DNA of 64,000 nucleotides, from NCBI GenBank assembly GCA_963662655.2, contig CAXXTU010000002.1, positions 1,152,001 through 1,216,000 on the forward strand. The letters run 5' to 3'. A program made the position numbers and the translations under genes. How positions within the stretch are numbered: the first letter of the stretch is position 1; each line of letters opens with the position of its first letter. Shown here one piece after another: positions 62,201-64,000 of this stretch. The notes beneath the pieces were generated by a model. The model did no database searches and was not told the DNA's origin. It worked only from the letters and a program-made list of their open reading frames with translations. The stretch is from Candidatus Cloacimonadales bacterium. GTDB lineage: Bacteria; Cloacimonadota; Cloacimonadia; Cloacimonadales; JAIOQZ01.

Positions 62201-62706
62201 ATATGACGGCTAGAGACTACGTTCACATCGATATCTGGACGCCGAACGCGACCGTCGTGAAATTCTCACCCATCACCACATCGGGTGAACTTCTCCTCGA
62301 ACTCGATCCGCTGGTGCCAATGACCTGGAACAGCGTCGATATTCCACTCAGCGATTTCGCCGGCCTCAACATGGCGGAAGTCTATCAGCTCAAGTTCGAT
62401 TGCACGGCGGGGGTCTGGCCTTCAACCGTGTTCCTCGACAACATATTCTTCTACACTGCCGAAACAACACTCGCAGCGCCGCAGAACGTTGCGATTACCT
62501 TCAACGGCGATCAGGTTACCGTGACCTGGGATCCTGTCGATGGCGCAAACGGCTATAAGATATATGCATCCGATTCACCGAACGGAACATTCGAAGAAGT
62601 GACCATGGGTGTATTCTACCCCACAAGCTGGACCGGAATCATAGAAGAAGGACGCAAGTTCTTTTATGTAAAAGCAAACGACAACGTTGTTCGTTCGAAC
62701 AACTAA
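59206..62706 (+). CDS. Secreted multimodular putative glycan-binding protein (4 CBM-like and 3 cadherin-like repeats, FN3-like tail)
   Basis: Signal peptide; 4x APxP..V.S.FS..Y..WGQ.T..NFN(Y/F)QG..H.D.WT..QLKF..DN.(Y/F)F; 3x DATLS(D/N)L.V..GF..LP.GT..VP.VTATT; no catalytic motif seen. Confidence 0.8.
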   Translation: MYKTSMFVTLLLFFVLGSGLFAQTRTIDFETGETGTAWNWVVTENGSNPAMTFPANPASDAVNGSANVAEFTALDAGANWALCFTDDIDDFKFNANNSTVSIMVYKPVISNIAIKFEGSSPAVEIQIPNTVVNQWENIVFDFSGSIGNTYSRLVIIPDFANRDQDNVIYFDNIVMPSGNVFTPEPNVPEVAAPVPTVDAEDVISIYSDSYTDLEGTNFAAPWGQSTVVSFDDIEGNNMMKYATFNFQGTQLLGAHNLTAMTHVHIDMWTDDATVVKFSPISALNGEHLVSLEPINAETWNSYDIPLEDFTGLRWDDIHQLKFDGQAGVYPSTIYLDNIYFYASDAASDDATLSDLRVDDTTVDGFASNVYSYNVDLPEGTEIVPTVTATTNHTGASYQINNATELPGTTSVVVTAEDTTTSLTYIINFTVGSSVPTQPTAAAPTPTHLHENVKSVFSNVYGDMAGANFNPSWGQTTLVLFELIEGDTVIKYQNFNYQGTEFPATSIESMEYVHIDMWTPDATVVMFSPISGSRIEHLVSLTPLVQGTWNSYDIPLTDFSDIDLSDVYQLKFTAEPGFNPCNVWIDNVFFWKNPIGAGADATLSNLMVNGTTVTGFSSGVYTYNVELPYGTTEVPVVTATTTDPLASHLVTNATGLPGTATVAVTSANEEEHLNYTINFTVGDEVAEPTVGAPIPDEPAQDVISIFSNTYGDMAGTNFNPYWGQQTVVTFEGIDGNTTLKYDNFNYQGTQLAGSIDLSLMEYVHVDLWTANAEQVQFSPISISTGEVLTYFSPLEQETWNSFDIPLEDFTNLSMSDIHQLKFVGTTGSTVYLDNIYFWKNPTQAGSDATLSDLKVNGTTVTGFAPSTLTYSVELPYGTTEVPAVTATTTDPLADYVVNDAAELPGTTTVVVTAQDETTILTYSVVFTIENPVPSTGAPNPTYAPADVTSIFSNVYGDIAGANFNPNWGQQTTVTFENIDGNTTLKYSNFNYQGTEFPTTDMTARDYVHIDIWTPNATVVKFSPITTSGELLLELDPLVPMTWNSVDIPLSDFAGLNMAEVYQLKFDCTAGVWPSTVFLDNIFFYTAETTLAAPQNVAITFNGDQVTVTWDPVDGANGYKIYASDSPNGTFEEVTMGVFYPTSWTGIIEEGRKFFYVKANDNVVRSNN

Positions 62707-62725
62707 ATTCTCCGGAGGATATAAA

Positions 62726-64000
62726 ATGAAACGCAACATATTCATGACAATGCTCATCCTTATCATGAGCACCTACATGTTCGCGCAGTACCAAACCGTC
62801 GATTTCGAGACGGGCGGACTGGGCGCAGAATGGGGCTGGACTGTCGGCGAAAACGGCGACAATCCGCCGCTCGAATTCGTATCGAACCCATCGGCAAGCG
62901 GTGTCAACACATCCGCAACCGTGGCTCAATTCAACGCACGCGCTGCCGGCATGAGCTGGGCGCTCTGCTACACCGACGACATCAACACGTTTGAATTCAA
63001 CGCGAGCAACTCGACCCTGAGCATCATGGTGTACAAGACTGTTATCAGCCCTGTCGCCCTCAAGTTCGAAGGTGGCAGCACACCGGTCGAGGTTCAGGTA
63101 ACCAACACCGTGACCAACCAGTGGGAGACCCTCACATTCGATTTCTCGTCGGCTATCGGAAGCGCTTACGGCCGCCTTGTAGTGATCCCCGATTTCGTGG
63201 ATCGCACCGAAGACCGCGTGATCTATTTCGACAACATCGTGATCCCGACCGGAAACACCAATCCGCCGGCAGAACCGGAAACCGCAGCTCCAACACCGAC
63301 CTATGATGCTGCGAACGTGATCTCTCTGTTCTCCAACGCATACACCAATGTAACCGTCGATACCTGGTCTGCCGATTGGGATAACGCTGCCGTCAGCGAC
63401 GTTCAGATCGACGGAAACGATACCAAGCTCTATACCAGTATGACTTTCGCCGGTATCGAATTCATCAGCGAAACCATCGACGCAACCTCGATGCAATTCT
63501 TCCACATGGATCTCTGGACTCCGGACGATACATCCGCTCCGGCCGTATTCAACGTCAAACTCGTCGATTTCGGCGCTGACGGCGCATACGGTGGCGGCGA
63601 CGACGTGGAACACGAAATTTCCTTCGGTTCCGATGTCATGGACACGGAAACGTGGGTCGGGCTCGACATCCCCATGAGCGATTTCACCGGACTGACAACC
63701 AAGGCGCATCTGGCGCAGCTTATCATCTCCGGCGATCCGAACACCATATACATCGACAACATCTATTTCCGCTCCGGCAATTCGACACCGGATATGCCCG
63801 AAGTGGCGGCGCCGTCTCCAACCTACAATGAAGACGCCGTAATCTCTCTGTTCTGCAACGAATACACAAACGTGGCCGTAGATATGTGGTCGGCCGAGTG
63901 GGATCAGGCGAACGTCGGCGACGTTCAGATCCAGGGCAACGACACCAAGCTCTATACCGGCATCACCTACGCGGGTATCGAGTTCATCTCTCATATGCTC
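62726..64000 (+). CDS. Paralogous secreted putative glycan-binding protein, runs off the right edge
   Basis: Not in ORF track. RBS GGAGG; MKRNIFMTMLILIMSTYMFAQYQTVDFETGG..., N-domain paralogous to the previous gene; AAPTP..VISLFSNAY..YIDNIYF modules. Confidence 0.82.
   Translation, partial: MKRNIFMTMLILIMSTYMFAQYQTVDFETGGLGAEWGWTVGENGDNPPLEFVSNPSASGVNTSATVAQFNARAAGMSWALCYTDDINTFEFNASNSTLSIMVYKTVISPVALKFEGGSTPVEVQVTNTVTNQWETLTFDFSSAIGSAYGRLVVIPDFVDRTEDRVIYFDNIVIPTGNTNPPAEPETAAPTPTYDAANVISLFSNAYTNVTVDTWSADWDNAAVSDVQIDGNDTKLYTSMTFAGIEFISETIDATSMQFFHMDLWTPDDTSAPAVFNVKLVDFGADGAYGGGDDVEHEISFGSDVMDTETWVGLDIPMSDFTGLTTKAHLAQLIISGDPNTIYIDNIYFRSGNSTPDMPEVAAPSPTYNEDAVISLFCNEYTNVAVDMWSAEWDQANVGDVQIQGNDTKLYTGITYAGIEFISHML

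Noticed and set aside
59700..62460. CRISPR array or DGR template/variable repeats
   Set aside because: The repeats are long in-frame protein modules with mostly synonymous divergence; no cas or reverse transcriptase gene

Overview
Bacterial chromosomal window, probably from an anaerobic diderm of the FCB group. It looks Cloacimonadota-like, inferred from secreted proteins ending in an NPFNP...KMxLLK FlgD-Ig tail; this is not proven. No rRNA, tRNA, CRISPR array or transposase was seen. Contents in order: a partial sugar ABC binding protein, xerD, guaB, a TonB-dependent receptor with ABC ATPase, an epimerase, an AmmeMemoRadiSam cluster, large secreted proteins around an HTH/pseudo-aminopeptidase regulator, fliD-fliS-flgM-like, fhs, a DUF2089/DUF4097 operon, two glycosyltransferases, an aldehyde oxidoreductase operon with thiF/thiS-like genes and ALDH7, and a >20 kb beta-1,3-glucan utilisation locus (2x GH16, GH-A/beta-barrel fusion, GH30, GH17, MFS, binding proteins, GntR/LacI regulator). 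Four signals stand out. (1) An aor gene split at its domain boundary with a HydC-HydB-HydA'-type (NuoEFG) module fused in frame between the halves. (2) A glucan locus with no SusC/SusD in view but a hydrolase-barrel fusion and an MFS carrying an inserted soluble domain. (3) A three-copy, covarying, strand-specific intergenic hairpin family. (4) A second REP-like element bracketing the AmmeMemoRadiSam cluster, whose enzymes carry signal-peptide-like N-termini. Family assignments come from recognised motifs; no database searches were run.
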